Origin: Planctomycetota bacterium | GTDB taxonomy: Bacteria > Planctomycetota > MHYJ01 > WSZJ01 | Assembly: GCA_038060895.1 (NCBI GenBank) | Contig: JBBTCT010000001.1 | Location: 192,001 to 256,000, forward strand | Reading direction: 5' to 3' | Length of the DNA stretch: 64,000 bases | Shown: piece by piece, positions 8,960 to 19,392 of the stretch | Layout of the letters: every line of letters starts with the position of its first letter | Position numbering within the stretch: position 1 is the first letter of the stretch | Program-made: the position numbers and the translations under genes | The notes under the pieces: generated by a model | Told to the model about the DNA's origin: nothing | The model's database searches: none | The model's input: the letters and a program-made list of their open reading frames with translations, nothing else

Positions 8960-9336
8960 GCCTTTGCGATGACGTCGATCTCGACCGCGGCGTCCTTCGG
9001 GAGCCGGGCGGCCTGGATGGTGGCGCGGGCTGGCGGATCCTTGGCGAAGTACTCGGCGTAGGCCGCATTCATCGCGGCAAAGTCGTTCATGTCCTTCAGG
9101 TACACCGTGGTTTTGACGACCCGGTCGAGGCCGCTTCCCGCCGCGGCAAGCACAGCCTTGAGGTTCTCGAGGGCGCGCCGCGTCTGCGCGCCGGTGTCGC
9201 CGGCGACCATCTGGCCCGTGGCGGGATCGAGGGGGATCTGGCCGGAAGCGAAGACCCAGCCGTCCATGACGACGGCCTGGGAGTAGGGGCCGATCGCCTG
9301 AGGTGCGCCGGGGGTGCTGACGGTCTTGCGGCTCAT
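8956..9336 (-). CDS. ridA: RidA/YjgF/UK114 family protein
   Basis: APQAIGPYSQA, SGQIPLDP, VVKTTVYL, PARA, LPKDAAVEID. Confidence 0.92.
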   Translation of the reverse strand: MSRKTVSTPGAPQAIGPYSQAVVMDGWVFASGQIPLDPATGQMVAGDTGAQTRRALENLKAVLAAAGSGLDRVVKTTVYLKDMNDFAAMNAAYAEYFAKDPPARATIQAARLPKDAAVEIDVIAKA

Positions 9337-10412
9337 CGCGTGTTCTCCGCGTCTGCGCGCAGCTTCGCGTCGGCGAGGACGCAGGCCACGCAGGCCTCCA
9401 CGATCGGCACGGCGCGCGGGACGACGCAGGGGTCGTGCCGCCCTTTCGTTTCGATGACGGCGGGTTTCATGGTCGCGAGGTTGACCGTGTCCTGCTTGCG
9501 AGGGAGCGAACTGGTCGGCTTGAACGCGACGCGAGCGACGAGCGGCATGCCGGTCGAGATGCCCCCGAGGATGCCGCCGGAATTGTTCGTGCGCGTCGTG
9601 ACGTGCCCCGCGTGGTCGACGTCGAACGCATCGTTGTGATCGCTTCCCTTCATGCGCGCCGCCCGGAAGCCTGCGCCGAACTCGACCCCGCGGGCGGCGG
9701 GGATGGCGAGCAGCGCGCGGGCCAATTCGGATTCGAGCCCGTCGGCGCCGGGGCCGCCCCAGCCGGCGGGCAGGCCCTGGGCCCTGACCTCGACGACGCC
9801 GCCCACGGAGTCCGCTTCGGACCGGGCCCTGGTGATGGCGTGCTCCATCAGTTCGGCCGTGCTGGGATCGGCGCAGCGCGTCGGGTGCGCTTCGGCCGCC
9901 GCGAGCGAGGAGAACGGGATCTCGTGCGGAACCTCGATCCCCGCGATCTCGACCACGTGCCCCGCGATCTTCACGCCCGCCAGAATCTGCCGCGCGATCG
10001 CCCCTGCGGCCACGAGCGGCGCCGTCGTCCGGGCCGAGAACGGTCCGCCCCCGCGGTGATCCCGCGCGCTTCCCCACTTGGCCCACGCCGTGAAGTCCGC
10101 GTGCCCCGGCCGCGGCAGGTCCTTCGTCGCGTCGTAGGGCCGCGAGTCGACGTCCGTGTTCCGGATGAAGATCGTCAGCGGCGCGCCGGTCGCCGCGCCG
10201 TGCATCAACCCCGCGAGAAACTCCGGCTCGTCCTCTTCCTTCCTCTGCGTCGTCAGCTTCGACTGACCCGGCCGCCGCCGCGCCAGCTCGTGACGCATCG
10301 CGTCCATGTCGAGTTTGAGACCCGCGGGAACGCCCTCCACCACGGCGCCGACACCCGGTCCGTGGCTCTCGCCGAACAACGTCACGCGGAAAATCGTCCC
10401 CAGCGTGCTCAA
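9333..10412 (-). CDS. aroC: Chorismate synthase
   Basis: FGESHG, RRRPG, RPGHAD, RGGGPFSARTT, GGISTG, FKPTSS, GRHDPC. Confidence 0.95.
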   Translation of the reverse strand: MSTLGTIFRVTLFGESHGPGVGAVVEGVPAGLKLDMDAMRHELARRRPGQSKLTTQRKEEDEPEFLAGLMHGAATGAPLTIFIRNTDVDSRPYDATKDLPRPGHADFTAWAKWGSARDHRGGGPFSARTTAPLVAAGAIARQILAGVKIAGHVVEIAGIEVPHEIPFSSLAAAEAHPTRCADPSTAELMEHAITRARSEADSVGGVVEVRAQGLPAGWGGPGADGLESELARALLAIPAARGVEFGAGFRAARMKGSDHNDAFDVDHAGHVTTRTNNSGGILGGISTGMPLVARVAFKPTSSLPRKQDTVNLATMKPAVIETKGRHDPCVVPRAVPIVEACVACVLADAKLRADAENTR

Positions 10413-11215
10413 CGCAGGCCTTCTTTCTGGAAGCGCTTCAGCGCGGCCTCGTCGCCCTTCCTCAGGGCCATCGCGAGTCCGCGCAGGTCGTCGCCCATTC
10501 TCTCCAGCGCGGCGGCAACGTGGAAGCGGTTCGCGAGGAGGAGGTCGAGGGACATCGCGGCGGGCTGGGCCGCGACGCGCGTGGCGGAACGGAAGGAGCC
10601 GGCGGCGAGGCGGGCGGCGAGAGGGCCGCCCTTTCGACCGAGCCTTACAAGAGCGAGCGCGAGAGCATACGGCAGGTGAGAAATGAGTGCGACGGCGCGG
10701 TCATGGGCTTGTGCGGTGACGACGAGCGGGACGGCGCCGAGCTGCACCACGAGCTTCTTCATGGCCGGCAGGGCCGCGCGATCTCCCGGCACGAGCGCCC
10801 AAGTCGCCCCCTTGAACAGCGCCGGGTCCGCCGCCTCGATCCCTCCCCGCTCCGTGCCGCACATCGGGTGGCCGCCGACGAATCCGCGCACGCCGCGGAA
10901 CGCGCGCATGATCCCGGCTTTCGCCGAGCCGACGTCCGTGATGCGCGTGCCGGGAAGCTGCAGCTCCGCGATCTTCCACGCAAGCGACTGGATCGTCCGC
11001 ACCGGCGTCGCCAGGACCACGAGGTCCGCTCCCGCGACAGGCCAGAGATTCTGCGCCGTCTCCGTGCACGCGCGCCGGCGAAGCGCCCGCCGCAGGACCG
11101 CAGGGTCGCTGTCGATCCCCACGACGCGCCTTGCCAGCCGCCGCGTGAGCAGCGCCATGCCGAGCGATCCGCCGATGTGGCCCATGCCGACGATGACGAC
11201 GCTGGCAGGTTTCAT
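10409..11215 (-). CDS. tyrA: Prephenate/arogenate dehydrogenase
   Basis: GMGHIGGS, TDVGSAK, GGHPMCGTE, HDRAVALISHLP. Confidence 0.9.
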   Translation of the reverse strand: MKPASVVIVGMGHIGGSLGMALLTRRLARRVVGIDSDPAVLRRALRRRACTETAQNLWPVAGADLVVLATPVRTIQSLAWKIAELQLPGTRITDVGSAKAGIMRAFRGVRGFVGGHPMCGTERGGIEAADPALFKGATWALVPGDRAALPAMKKLVVQLGAVPLVVTAQAHDRAVALISHLPYALALALVRLGRKGGPLAARLAAGSFRSATRVAAQPAAMSLDLLLANRFHVAAALERMGDDLRGLAMALRKGDEAALKRFQKEGLR

Positions 11216-11592
11216 TTCAGGTAAGTCATCTCGCCGCCGCCCCAGGACCAGTTCTCTTTGGGGACCTCGACGAGGCTGATGACGATGTCCTCCCGGTTCA
11301 CGCCGGCGCCCGCCAGCAAGTCCGCGATCTTCGCGTAAAGCGCACGCTTCAATTCGACCGTCCGCCCCGCGTTCATCGTCACCTGGATCACGACAATTCC
11401 GTCCGATTTCGGCATCCCCATGTAAGAAGGCGGGTGGACAAGCCCCTCCGGCCCGTGCTCCGTGATGACCTGGAATTTCCCGTCCGCAGGCGCACTCACC
11501 GCCTCGACCAGCGCACGGTGCACCGCGTCGCCGATGGCTTTCACCGCCGCCGGCGGGCGCCCCGAACGCATCGAGATCCTCACGAGCGGCAT
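11212..11592 (-). CDS. Tautomerase family protein (N-terminal catalytic Pro)
   Basis: MPLVRISM..., GRTVELKRALY, ENWSWGGG. Confidence 0.85.
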   Translation of the reverse strand: MPLVRISMRSGRPPAAVKAIGDAVHRALVEAVSAPADGKFQVITEHGPEGLVHPPSYMGMPKSDGIVVIQVTMNAGRTVELKRALYAKIADLLAGAGVNREDIVISLVEVPKENWSWGGGEMTYLK

Positions 11593-11606
11593 CGTTCCAC
11601 CCCCTC

Positions 11607-11645
11607 TCAAAACAGAACGGGGAGGCCGGCGAACCGGCCTCCCCG
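11607..11645 (-). terminator. Intrinsic terminator downstream of the second selenoprotein gene
   Basis: CGGGGAGGCCGG-TTCG-CCGGCCTCCCCG then TTCTGTTTT on the minus strand. Confidence 0.75.
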
Positions 11646-11663
11646 GATTGAGCCGTCCATTCG

Positions 11664-12587
11664 CTACTTCGGGTCCTTCTCCGACTTCAGCTTCTTCAGG
11701 GTCTTCTCCTTCGCGTCGAAAAACCCTTTCGCCTGCGGGTTGTCCCCGAACATCGCCTTCAGCCCGTTCAGCGCAGCCTCGAAACCCGCCGCGTCTTTCT
11801 CCTTCTCCGAGTAGTTCAGGATCGCCATGTAAAACGTCTGCCCGACTTCCTTGTCCGTCGGCGCACGCTTCGCCTTCAGCATCTCCATGAACTTCTTCGC
11901 GGTCGCCGCCTCCTGCTCGTCCAGAATCTGCTGGACCTCGGCGTTCGCCAGCGCGCCGTTCAGCCGCGGCTCCTGCTCCGCCGACGGCTTCGGAAGATCC
12001 TTCAGCTTCTTCTTCGCCTCGTCCGCCTTGATGGCGCCCGTCTCCAGCTTCCCGATCAGCACCTCCAGCGCAGCGGCTTTGTCCCCGCCTTCCGCCTTCT
12101 TCACCATCGCAATGAATGACTCGGCCTTTTTCAGTGCTTCCGAGAACGTGTCCACCGTGTACGGCCGATCGAACTTCGAGATCACTTCCCCCGCCGAGTC
12201 CAGGTACGCCATGTACGGAAACCCGTCGCCGCCCTTCGCCTCGAACAGCTCCTGGTACTGGTCCTCTTCGACGTGCGACGTGATGTGCAGGAAAAGAACC
12301 ACCTTGGAAGCGAACGTCAGGAATTCTTCAGAGGAGAGCGTACCGCCCTCCAGGCTGTTGCACGGCCCTCAGGGGGCGTAGGAACGGGTGAAATACACGA
12401 GCATCGGCTTGCCGGATTTCTTCGCTTCCTCGCGAGCCTTGTCGTAGTCGAGGAGCCAGTGACCTTTTTCGATGAAGGGCTCTTTGAGCTTCTTGTCGCG
12501 CTTGTCTTCGAGGTCGCCTGCGGTGGCGCGGGCGCCGAGGAGGGCGACCAGCGCGGCCACGAGCGGCAGCAGTTTCAGGTTCGTCAC
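11664..12587 (-). CDS. Probable selenoprotein: exported thioredoxin-fold (UGPC) protein with helical C-terminus, UGA at 12369-12371
   Basis: Track ORFs 12369..12677 and 11664..12302 are in one frame: YFTRSYAP-U-GPCNSLEGGTLSSEEF...GFP; GTG start with GGAG SD; signal peptide. Confidence 0.83.
12333..12351 (-). promoter_or_regulatory. Candidate bacterial SECIS element
   Basis: GGAGGGCG-GTA-CGCTCTCC hairpin starting 17 nt after the in-frame UGA. Confidence 0.72.
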
Positions 12588-12698
12588 AAGCCTTCTCCGA
12601 CGGGGGAGGAAATGCCGGCCGGGCGGGGGCGTCTGGGCCCCCTGGAAGCCCGCATCGGCGCGTGGCATCCTAAACACGGAACGCCTATCGGATAATCC

Positions 12699-13748
12699 TT
12701 AAATGCTGCGCCCGATGCACCGGGCGATCGCGGAGAGTTCCTTCATCAGGACGTCGAACTGGTCAGGGTGGAGCGACTGCGCGCCGTCGCACTTCGCGAC
12801 TTCCGGCCTCGGGTGGACCTCGATGATGAGCCCGTCCGCGCCGGCCGCGATCGCCGCCTTGGCAAGGGGGCCGACGAGGTCGCGGTCGCCCGCGGCGTGC
12901 GAAGGGTCGCAGACGATCGGGAGGTGGGAGAGCTTCTTGACCACGGGGACGCAGGAGATGTCGTACGTGTTGCGTGTGTACTTTTCAAATGTGCGGATGC
13001 CGCGCTCGCACAGGATCACGTTGTAGTTGCCCTTCGAGAGGATGTACTCCGCGCTCAGCAGCAGTTCCTCGATGGTGGACATCATTCCGCGCTTGAGCAG
13101 CACCGGCTTCCCCGCTTTCCCGACTTCTTCCAGCAGGTTGAAGTTCTGCATGTTGCGCGCGCCGATTTGAAGGATGTCCGCGTACTCCATCACGGCCGGG
13201 ATGTCCTGCACCGAGAGGACTTCCGTGACTACGGCCATGTCGTTCGCGTCGGCCGCTTCCCGCAGGATTTCCAGCCCGGGCTTCCCCAGCCCCTGGAACG
13301 CGTACGGGCTCGTCCGCGGCTTGAACGCGCCGCCGCGCAGGATCGTCGCCCCCGCGGCCTTCACACGCTTCGCCGCTTCCATCACCTGCGCCCGGTCCTC
13401 CACCGCGCAGGGCCCGGCCATCACCGTCACCTGCCGGCCGCCGATCCGCCGGCCGCGCACCTCGACGACCGTGTCCTCCTGCTTGAACTCGCGCGACGCC
13501 AGCTTGTACGGCTTGAGAATCGGGATCACGCGCTCGACCCCCGCAAGGCCGTCAAACGCCGCCGGCTCCACCTTCCGGTCGCTTCCGATTATCCCGATCA
13601 CCGTCCGTTCCTCGCCGCTCGAAATGTGCGGCTTGAATCCCAACGACTCGATCTGCTGCAGCACGGCGCCCGTTTCGCGGGCGGAAGCGCTGGATTTCAT
13701 CACGACGATCATGGCGGTATCGCTTTCAGCTTTCGGGGGAGGGCTCAT
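12699..13748 (-). CDS. aroF: DAHP synthase, class I-beta with N-terminal regulatory domain (alternative start at 13712)
   Basis: AGPCAVE, RGGAFKPRTSPYAFQG, QIGARNMQN, LKRG, CERGIRTF, DPSHAAG. Confidence 0.94.
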   Translation of the reverse strand: MSPPPKAESDTAMIVVMKSSASARETGAVLQQIESLGFKPHISSGEERTVIGIIGSDRKVEPAAFDGLAGVERVIPILKPYKLASREFKQEDTVVEVRGRRIGGRQVTVMAGPCAVEDRAQVMEAAKRVKAAGATILRGGAFKPRTSPYAFQGLGKPGLEILREAADANDMAVVTEVLSVQDIPAVMEYADILQIGARNMQNFNLLEEVGKAGKPVLLKRGMMSTIEELLLSAEYILSKGNYNVILCERGIRTFEKYTRNTYDISCVPVVKKLSHLPIVCDPSHAAGDRDLVGPLAKAAIAAGADGLIIEVHPRPEVAKCDGAQSLHPDQFDVLMKELSAIARCIGRSI

Positions 13749-14128
13749 CGGGCACCTGTCTTCGAAGAGGGTTTCCGGCGCCGTCCCGCGGCCGTGGCGA
13801 CAGGACTCGCCTTGGCCGGAATCGCGGGGAGGGTGCCGGTTGCGTATCGGTCGTCATTGTGGACCAGGCGAACGGAAGACGGGAGACCGGAGTCGGGAGA
13901 CGGGAGTTGCGTCGTTTGCGCTGAAACCTCCGGAACGACCGAAAGCGGTGAATGCGGCGCCCTATCCGCGGCCGTTTCCGCGTCATTCGCTTTCATCCGC
14001 GTATTCCTTTCTCTTTTCTCGAATCCGCGAGTCGAACGCAGCCCGGAATCGAGAAAGGACATACGCGGATAAAGGCGAATGACGCGGAAACGGCCGCGGA
14101 TACGTCGAGGCGAAGCGATCGCGTTCAC
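13745..14128 (-). CDS. Possible low-complexity coupling ORF containing a palindromic insert
   Basis: GTG overlaps the aroH stop (GTGA) and its TGA overlaps the aroF ATG (ATGA); no recognisable domain. Confidence 0.3.
   Translation of the reverse strand: MNAIASPRRIRGRFRVIRLYPRMSFLDSGLRSTRGFEKRERNTRMKANDAETAADRAPHSPLSVVPEVSAQTTQLPSPDSGLPSSVRLVHNDDRYATGTLPAIPAKASPVATAAGRRRKPSSKTGAR
13872..13906. repeat. Degenerate heptamer tandem repeat (ACGGGAG-like x5)
   Basis: acggaag acgggag accggag tcgggag acgggag. Confidence 0.65.
13963..14102. mobile_element. TA-bounded palindromic MITE/REPIN-like element, copy 1
   Basis: About 42-bp inverted arms TATCCGCGGCCGTTTCCGCG...CGCGGAAACGGCCGCGGATA; related copy at 42565-42682. 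Confidence 0.65.
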
Positions 14129-14496
14129 TTCTTCCCCTCCCCCGCCAGGTCCGGTCTCAGCGCCGCGGCACGGCCGAGGTACTGGTGCCGGATCTCCTGC
14201 GGGCTGAGCTCCGTCTCGACGAGCACCATGACGCGCACAACGCGCGGGAGCGCTCCTTCAACTTCGAGCTCGGGCGAACACATGAGCGGGACGCGCGTCC
14301 AGCCGATCTCGCGCGCAGCGGTTGCCGGGAAAGCCGCAGTCAGGTCGGTCGTCGCGGTGAAGAGGATCATCGACACGCGGTCCGGCTCGATCGCGTTCGC
14401 GTCCGCCATTTTCTGCAGGAGCTCCCGCGTCGCGCCGAGGATCGCCTCGCGCGTGTTCGCCTCCACCCCCGTCGCTCCCCTAACGCCGCGCAGCAT
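14125..14496 (-). CDS. aroH: Chorismate mutase, AroH class
   Basis: RGVRGAT, FTATTDL.AAFPA.AAR, VPLMC, HQYLGRAAALRPDL. Confidence 0.92.
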   Translation of the reverse strand: MLRGVRGATGVEANTREAILGATRELLQKMADANAIEPDRVSMILFTATTDLTAAFPATAAREIGWTRVPLMCSPELEVEGALPRVVRVMVLVETELSPQEIRHQYLGRAAALRPDLAGEGKK

Positions 14497-15254
14497 CGAG
14501 CGCCCTCCTCATCTTCTCCAGGAACTTCCGCACCTCGCCCGCCGCGCGCTTCTTCCCCGCCTCACGGATGATCCTGACGATCGCGCTTCCCACGATCACC
14601 CCGTCCGCGAACCGTCCCACCGCGGCCGCGTGCTCCGGCGTCGCAATCCCGAATCCGACGCAGACGGGCCGCGGCGTCTCCCGCTTCACCCGCTTCACGA
14701 ACGCCTCCAGCCCCGGCGGCAGGTCCTTCCGCGCGCCCGTCACCCCCGCGACCGAAACAAGGTACACGAATCCGCCGCGGCCCTTCACGAGCGACCGCAT
14801 CCGCGCCGGCGTCGTGGTCGGGGCCACCATCGGGATGAGATCGATTCCGTAAGAGCTGGCGACGTGGCGCCGCGCCGCCTCGGGCGTCAGGTCGGGAATG
14901 ATCGCGCCGGAGAACCCGGCGGCGGCCGCCTTGCGGAAAAACGCGGCAGCGCCGGGCGCGAGGACCACGTTGGCGTACGTCATGACCACCTTGACCGGAC
15001 CGGCCACGTCGCGGCTCCACGCGAGCGCATTGTGGGGCGTCGCGCCGGCCAGAAGCGCTTCGTGGGACGCATGTTGGATCGCGGGCCCGTCGGCGATCGG
15101 GTCGCTGAACGGAATGCCGACCTCGACGAGGTCAGAGCCCGCGTCGGCGGCGGCGCGGAGAAGCGCTCGGAACGTCGCGGCGTCGGGGAAGCCGGCGCAC
15201 AGGTAGGGCATGAGCGCGGGACGGTTCTCGCGACGGAGATCCGCGAAGCGCTGG

Positions 15255-15268
<14 letters not shown>
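14480..15268 (-). CDS. trpA: Tryptophan synthase alpha
   Basis: [37 protein letters not shown]. Confidence 0.95.
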
Positions 15269-16426
<1,158 letters not shown>

Positions 16427-16430
<4 letters not shown>

Positions 16431-17023
16431 CGGCGGGCCTCCTCGATGAAGCGGCGGATGCGGGCGTGGTCCTTTTTTCCGGGGCGGGACTCGACGCCGC
16501 TCGCGGTATCGACGGCGAAGGGCCGGGCGATCCGGACGGCTTCGCGGACGTTCTCGGGCTTGAGCCCGCCCGCGAGGATGACGTCGGCGACGCGGCCGAC
16601 GCGTCGTGCGATGCTCCAGTCGAAGGATTTTCCGGAACCGCCGACCTTCCCGGCTTCCAGCAGCACGAGCGGATCACCCCAGCGCCGCACGCGCTCAACG
16701 ACCTTGCCTTCCGAGACCGCGAACATCTTCACGCTCGGAAACGGGATGGCCCTCGCGTCGGCCTTCGACTCGTCGCCGTGCAGCTGCACCCACGTCAGCC
16801 CGGCGGCGCGCGCGATCATCGCGACGTCGGCGGGAAGGGCGTTGTAGAACACGCCGACCTTGTGCAGGAACGCCGGGAGCTGGCGCGACATCTTGCGCGC
16901 GGCGCCCACGCTGACGCGGCGCGGCGACTCCGCGAACACGAACCCGACCGCGTCCGCGCCGGCGTCGGCCGCCGCGACGGCGTCGCGCAGATTCGTGATG
17001 CCGCAGATTTTTACCCGGATCAC
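16427..17023 (-). CDS. trpF: Phosphoribosylanthranilate isomerase
   Basis: [34 protein letters not shown]. Confidence 0.94.
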
Positions 17024-17781
17024 AGGAGTTTCAGCTCCCGGATGCGGGGCGCGGGGTCGCCCACCTTCACGATTTCCTCGCCGACGAGGATCGCGCGGGC
17101 GCCGGCGGCCCTGGCTTTCAATGCATCCTCGCGGGTCTTGAATCCGCTCAGCGCAACGCGCACCGCCGCACGCGACTTCGGCATCACGCGCTCCATCGTC
17201 GTGAGGTCCATTTCGAGAGTCCGGAGATTCCGGTTGTTCACACCGACGATTTCCGCATCTCCGGCGTCGGCGAGCTCGGATTCCTCGTGGACTTCGACGA
17301 GGGCCGCGAGCCCCGCCCCCCTTGCGACGGCGCGCAGGTGGGGTGTCAGCTTCCCCAGCGCAGCCACGATCAGGAGCACCGCGTCGGCACCGTGGGCGCG
17401 GGCTTCCCAGACCTGGTACTCGTCCACGATGAAGTCCTTGCGAAGCACCGGCAGGTCGCAGGCGGCCCGCGCCGTGGACAGGTCCCAGAGCGATCCTTTG
17501 AAAAAATCGCCCTCGGTCAACACTGAGAGACAGTCCGCGCCGCCCGCCGCGTAGCTCCGCGCGCGCTCCGCCGGGTCGAGTTTCACCGCGATGTCGCCCT
17601 TCGCCGGAGTCGCCCGCTTGATCTCCGCGATGAGACCCAGGCCCTTTGCGTTCGCCAGCGCTGCGCGGAAATCCCTCGCCGGGGGCTGGTTCCGGGCACG
17701 GGCGATGACCTCGCGCATGGGCAGCGCCGCCATTGCCTCTGCAAGCCGCCTGCGCCTCAGCTCCAGGATTCTCCCTAACAT
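17020..17781 (-). CDS. trpC: Indole-3-glycerol phosphate synthase
   Basis: LIAEIKRATPAKG, SVLTE, LRKDF, GVNNRNL; ATG at 17781. Confidence 0.93.
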   Translation of the reverse strand: MLGRILELRRRRLAEAMAALPMREVIARARNQPPARDFRAALANAKGLGLIAEIKRATPAKGDIAVKLDPAERARSYAAGGADCLSVLTEGDFFKGSLWDLSTARAACDLPVLRKDFIVDEYQVWEARAHGADAVLLIVAALGKLTPHLRAVARGAGLAALVEVHEESELADAGDAEIVGVNNRNLRTLEMDLTTMERVMPKSRAAVRVALSGFKTREDALKARAAGARAILVGEEIVKVGDPAPRIRELKLL

Positions 17782-18773
17782 CGAGCCGCCTCCAGGGCCT
17801 CCGCCGCGCGGCCGCTCTTCACGGACTCGCGCGCCGCGTCGACGCCCTCGCAGATCGTGCAATTCCTCGCAACGGCGATGGCGAGGCCGGCGTTCAGGAC
17901 CACGGCATCGGAAACCGGGCCGTTCTTCCCCTCGAGCACCCCGCGGATCGCTGCGGCGTTCGCCGCCGCATCGCCCCCGGCGAGCGCGGCGTTCGTCGAC
18001 GTTGCGAATCCTGCCGAACGCGGGTCGAGGACCTCGCGCTTCACGATGCCGCCCTCAACGCGCGCGACGTGGAACGGCCCCTCGAGCGTCGCCTCGTCCG
18101 CGCCCCCGGCGCCGTGAACGACCATCGCGCGCTTCACGCCCAGGGAAGCGAAGGCGTTGGCTACGAGGTCGACGAAGCGCTCCTCCGGCACGCCGACGAG
18201 CTGGTACGGAGGGAGCGCCGGGTTGGCCAGCGGGCCGATGAGGTTGAAGATGGTGCGGACGCCGAGCTCCTTGCGGACGGGCGCGGCGTGCTTCATCGCG
18301 GGGTGGAACGCCGGCGCGAACATGAAGCCGAAGTTTTTATTTCTGATGGCGGCCGCCACTTCCCCTGCCGGTCGCTCGACCGGGACGCCCAGCGCGGCGA
18401 GGACGTCAGCGCTGCCGACGCGCCCCGAGGCCGACCGGTTGCCGTGCTTCGCCACCGGCACACCGGCGCCGGCGACCACGAACGCCGCGGCCGTCGAGAT
18501 GTTCACCATCGCGAGCCCGTCGCCGCCCGTGCCGCACGTGTCGATCGCCGGGCAGTCGCCGATCTCGACGCGCACGGCGCTGGCCCGGACCGCTTCCACC
18601 GCCCCCGCCAGCTCATCGCCCGTCTCCCCCTTTGTCCGCAGCCCCATCAACAGAGCCCCCAGTTGCGCGGGACTTACCTCACCGCGCAGGACGCGCAGAA
18701 ACACCGCGCGCGCTTCGTCTTTCGAAAGACTTGCGCGTTTTGCGATTTTTTCGAGCGCGTCGTTGAGGGTCAT
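17775..18773 (-). CDS. trpD: Anthranilate phosphoribosyltransferase
   Basis: [39 protein letters not shown]. Confidence 0.95.
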   Translation of the reverse strand: MTLNDALEKIAKRASLSKDEARAVFLRVLRGEVSPAQLGALLMGLRTKGETGDELAGAVEAVRASAVRVEIGDCPAIDTCGTGGDGLAMVNISTAAAFVVAGAGVPVAKHGNRSASGRVGSADVLAALGVPVERPAGEVAAAIRNKNFGFMFAPAFHPAMKHAAPVRKELGVRTIFNLIGPLANPALPPYQLVGVPEERFVDLVANAFASLGVKRAMVVHGAGGADEATLEGPFHVARVEGGIVKREVLDPRSAGFATSTNAALAGGDAAANAAAIRGVLEGKNGPVSDAVVLNAGLAIAVARNCTICEGVDAARESVKSGRAAEALEAARC

Positions 18774-19348
18774 GTGTTCGGAGGCCGTTGTTCGAGGAAG
18801 TTTCGCAGCAGGGTCTTGCCGGGCACGGTCAGGATCGATTCTGGATGGAACTGCACGCCTTCGACCGCAAACGTCTTGTGCCGCAGGCCCATGATTTCGC
18901 CTTCGGCCGTGTGCGCGACCACTTTGAGCGTCGGCGGGAGCGTTTCTTCCCGGACGACGAGCGAGTGGTAGCGCGTGGCCGGGAATGGGTTCGGCACCCC
19001 CTTGTACAGGCCCTTGTTGTCGTGGTAGACGAGCGACACCTTTCCGTGCATCTGCCTCTCCGCCCGGTTCACGACGCCGCCGAACACCTCGCCGATCGCC
19101 TGGTGCCCCAGGCAGACCCCGAGCGTCGGGATTTTTCCCGCGAAGTGACCGATGAATTCCTTCGACACCCCCGCCTCCGCCGGCGTCCCGGGACCCGGGC
19201 TGATCACGAGATGCGAAGGGCTCATCGACTTCGCCTGGTCGAGCGTGATCTCGTCGTTGCGCTTCACGACGATGTCAGCGCCCAACTCCCCGAAGAACTG
19301 GACGAGGTTGAACGTGAAGCTGTCGTAGTTGTCGATGAGCAGGAGCAT
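18770..19348 (-). CDS. trpG: Anthranilate synthase component II (glutamine amidotransferase)
   Basis: [39 protein letters not shown]. Confidence 0.94.
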   Translation of the reverse strand: MLLLIDNYDSFTFNLVQFFGELGADIVVKRNDEITLDQAKSMSPSHLVISPGPGTPAEAGVSKEFIGHFAGKIPTLGVCLGHQAIGEVFGGVVNRAERQMHGKVSLVYHDNKGLYKGVPNPFPATRYHSLVVREETLPPTLKVVAHTAEGEIMGLRHKTFAVEGVQFHPESILTVPGKTLLRNFLEQRPPNT

Positions 19349-19357
19349 GGCGACCTC

Positions 19358-19387
19358 AGTGGGTAGTGGGTAGTCGGTAGTGGATAG
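19358..19387. repeat. Heptamer tandem repeat (AGTGGGT-like x4) between trpE and trpG
   Basis: agtgggt agtgggt agtcggt agtggat. Confidence 0.65.
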
Positions 19388-19392
19388 GTCGG

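Noticed and set aside
6984-12587. Genome-wide UGA reassignment (Trp/Gly) as the explanation for the in-frame UGAs
   Set aside because: TGA clearly terminates many genes here (ATGA/GTGA overlaps in the trp, aro and LysR operons), and Trp is encoded by TGG
13872-14102. CRISPR array
   Set aside because: The repeats are short tandem or inverted, not regularly interspaced; no cas genes in the window
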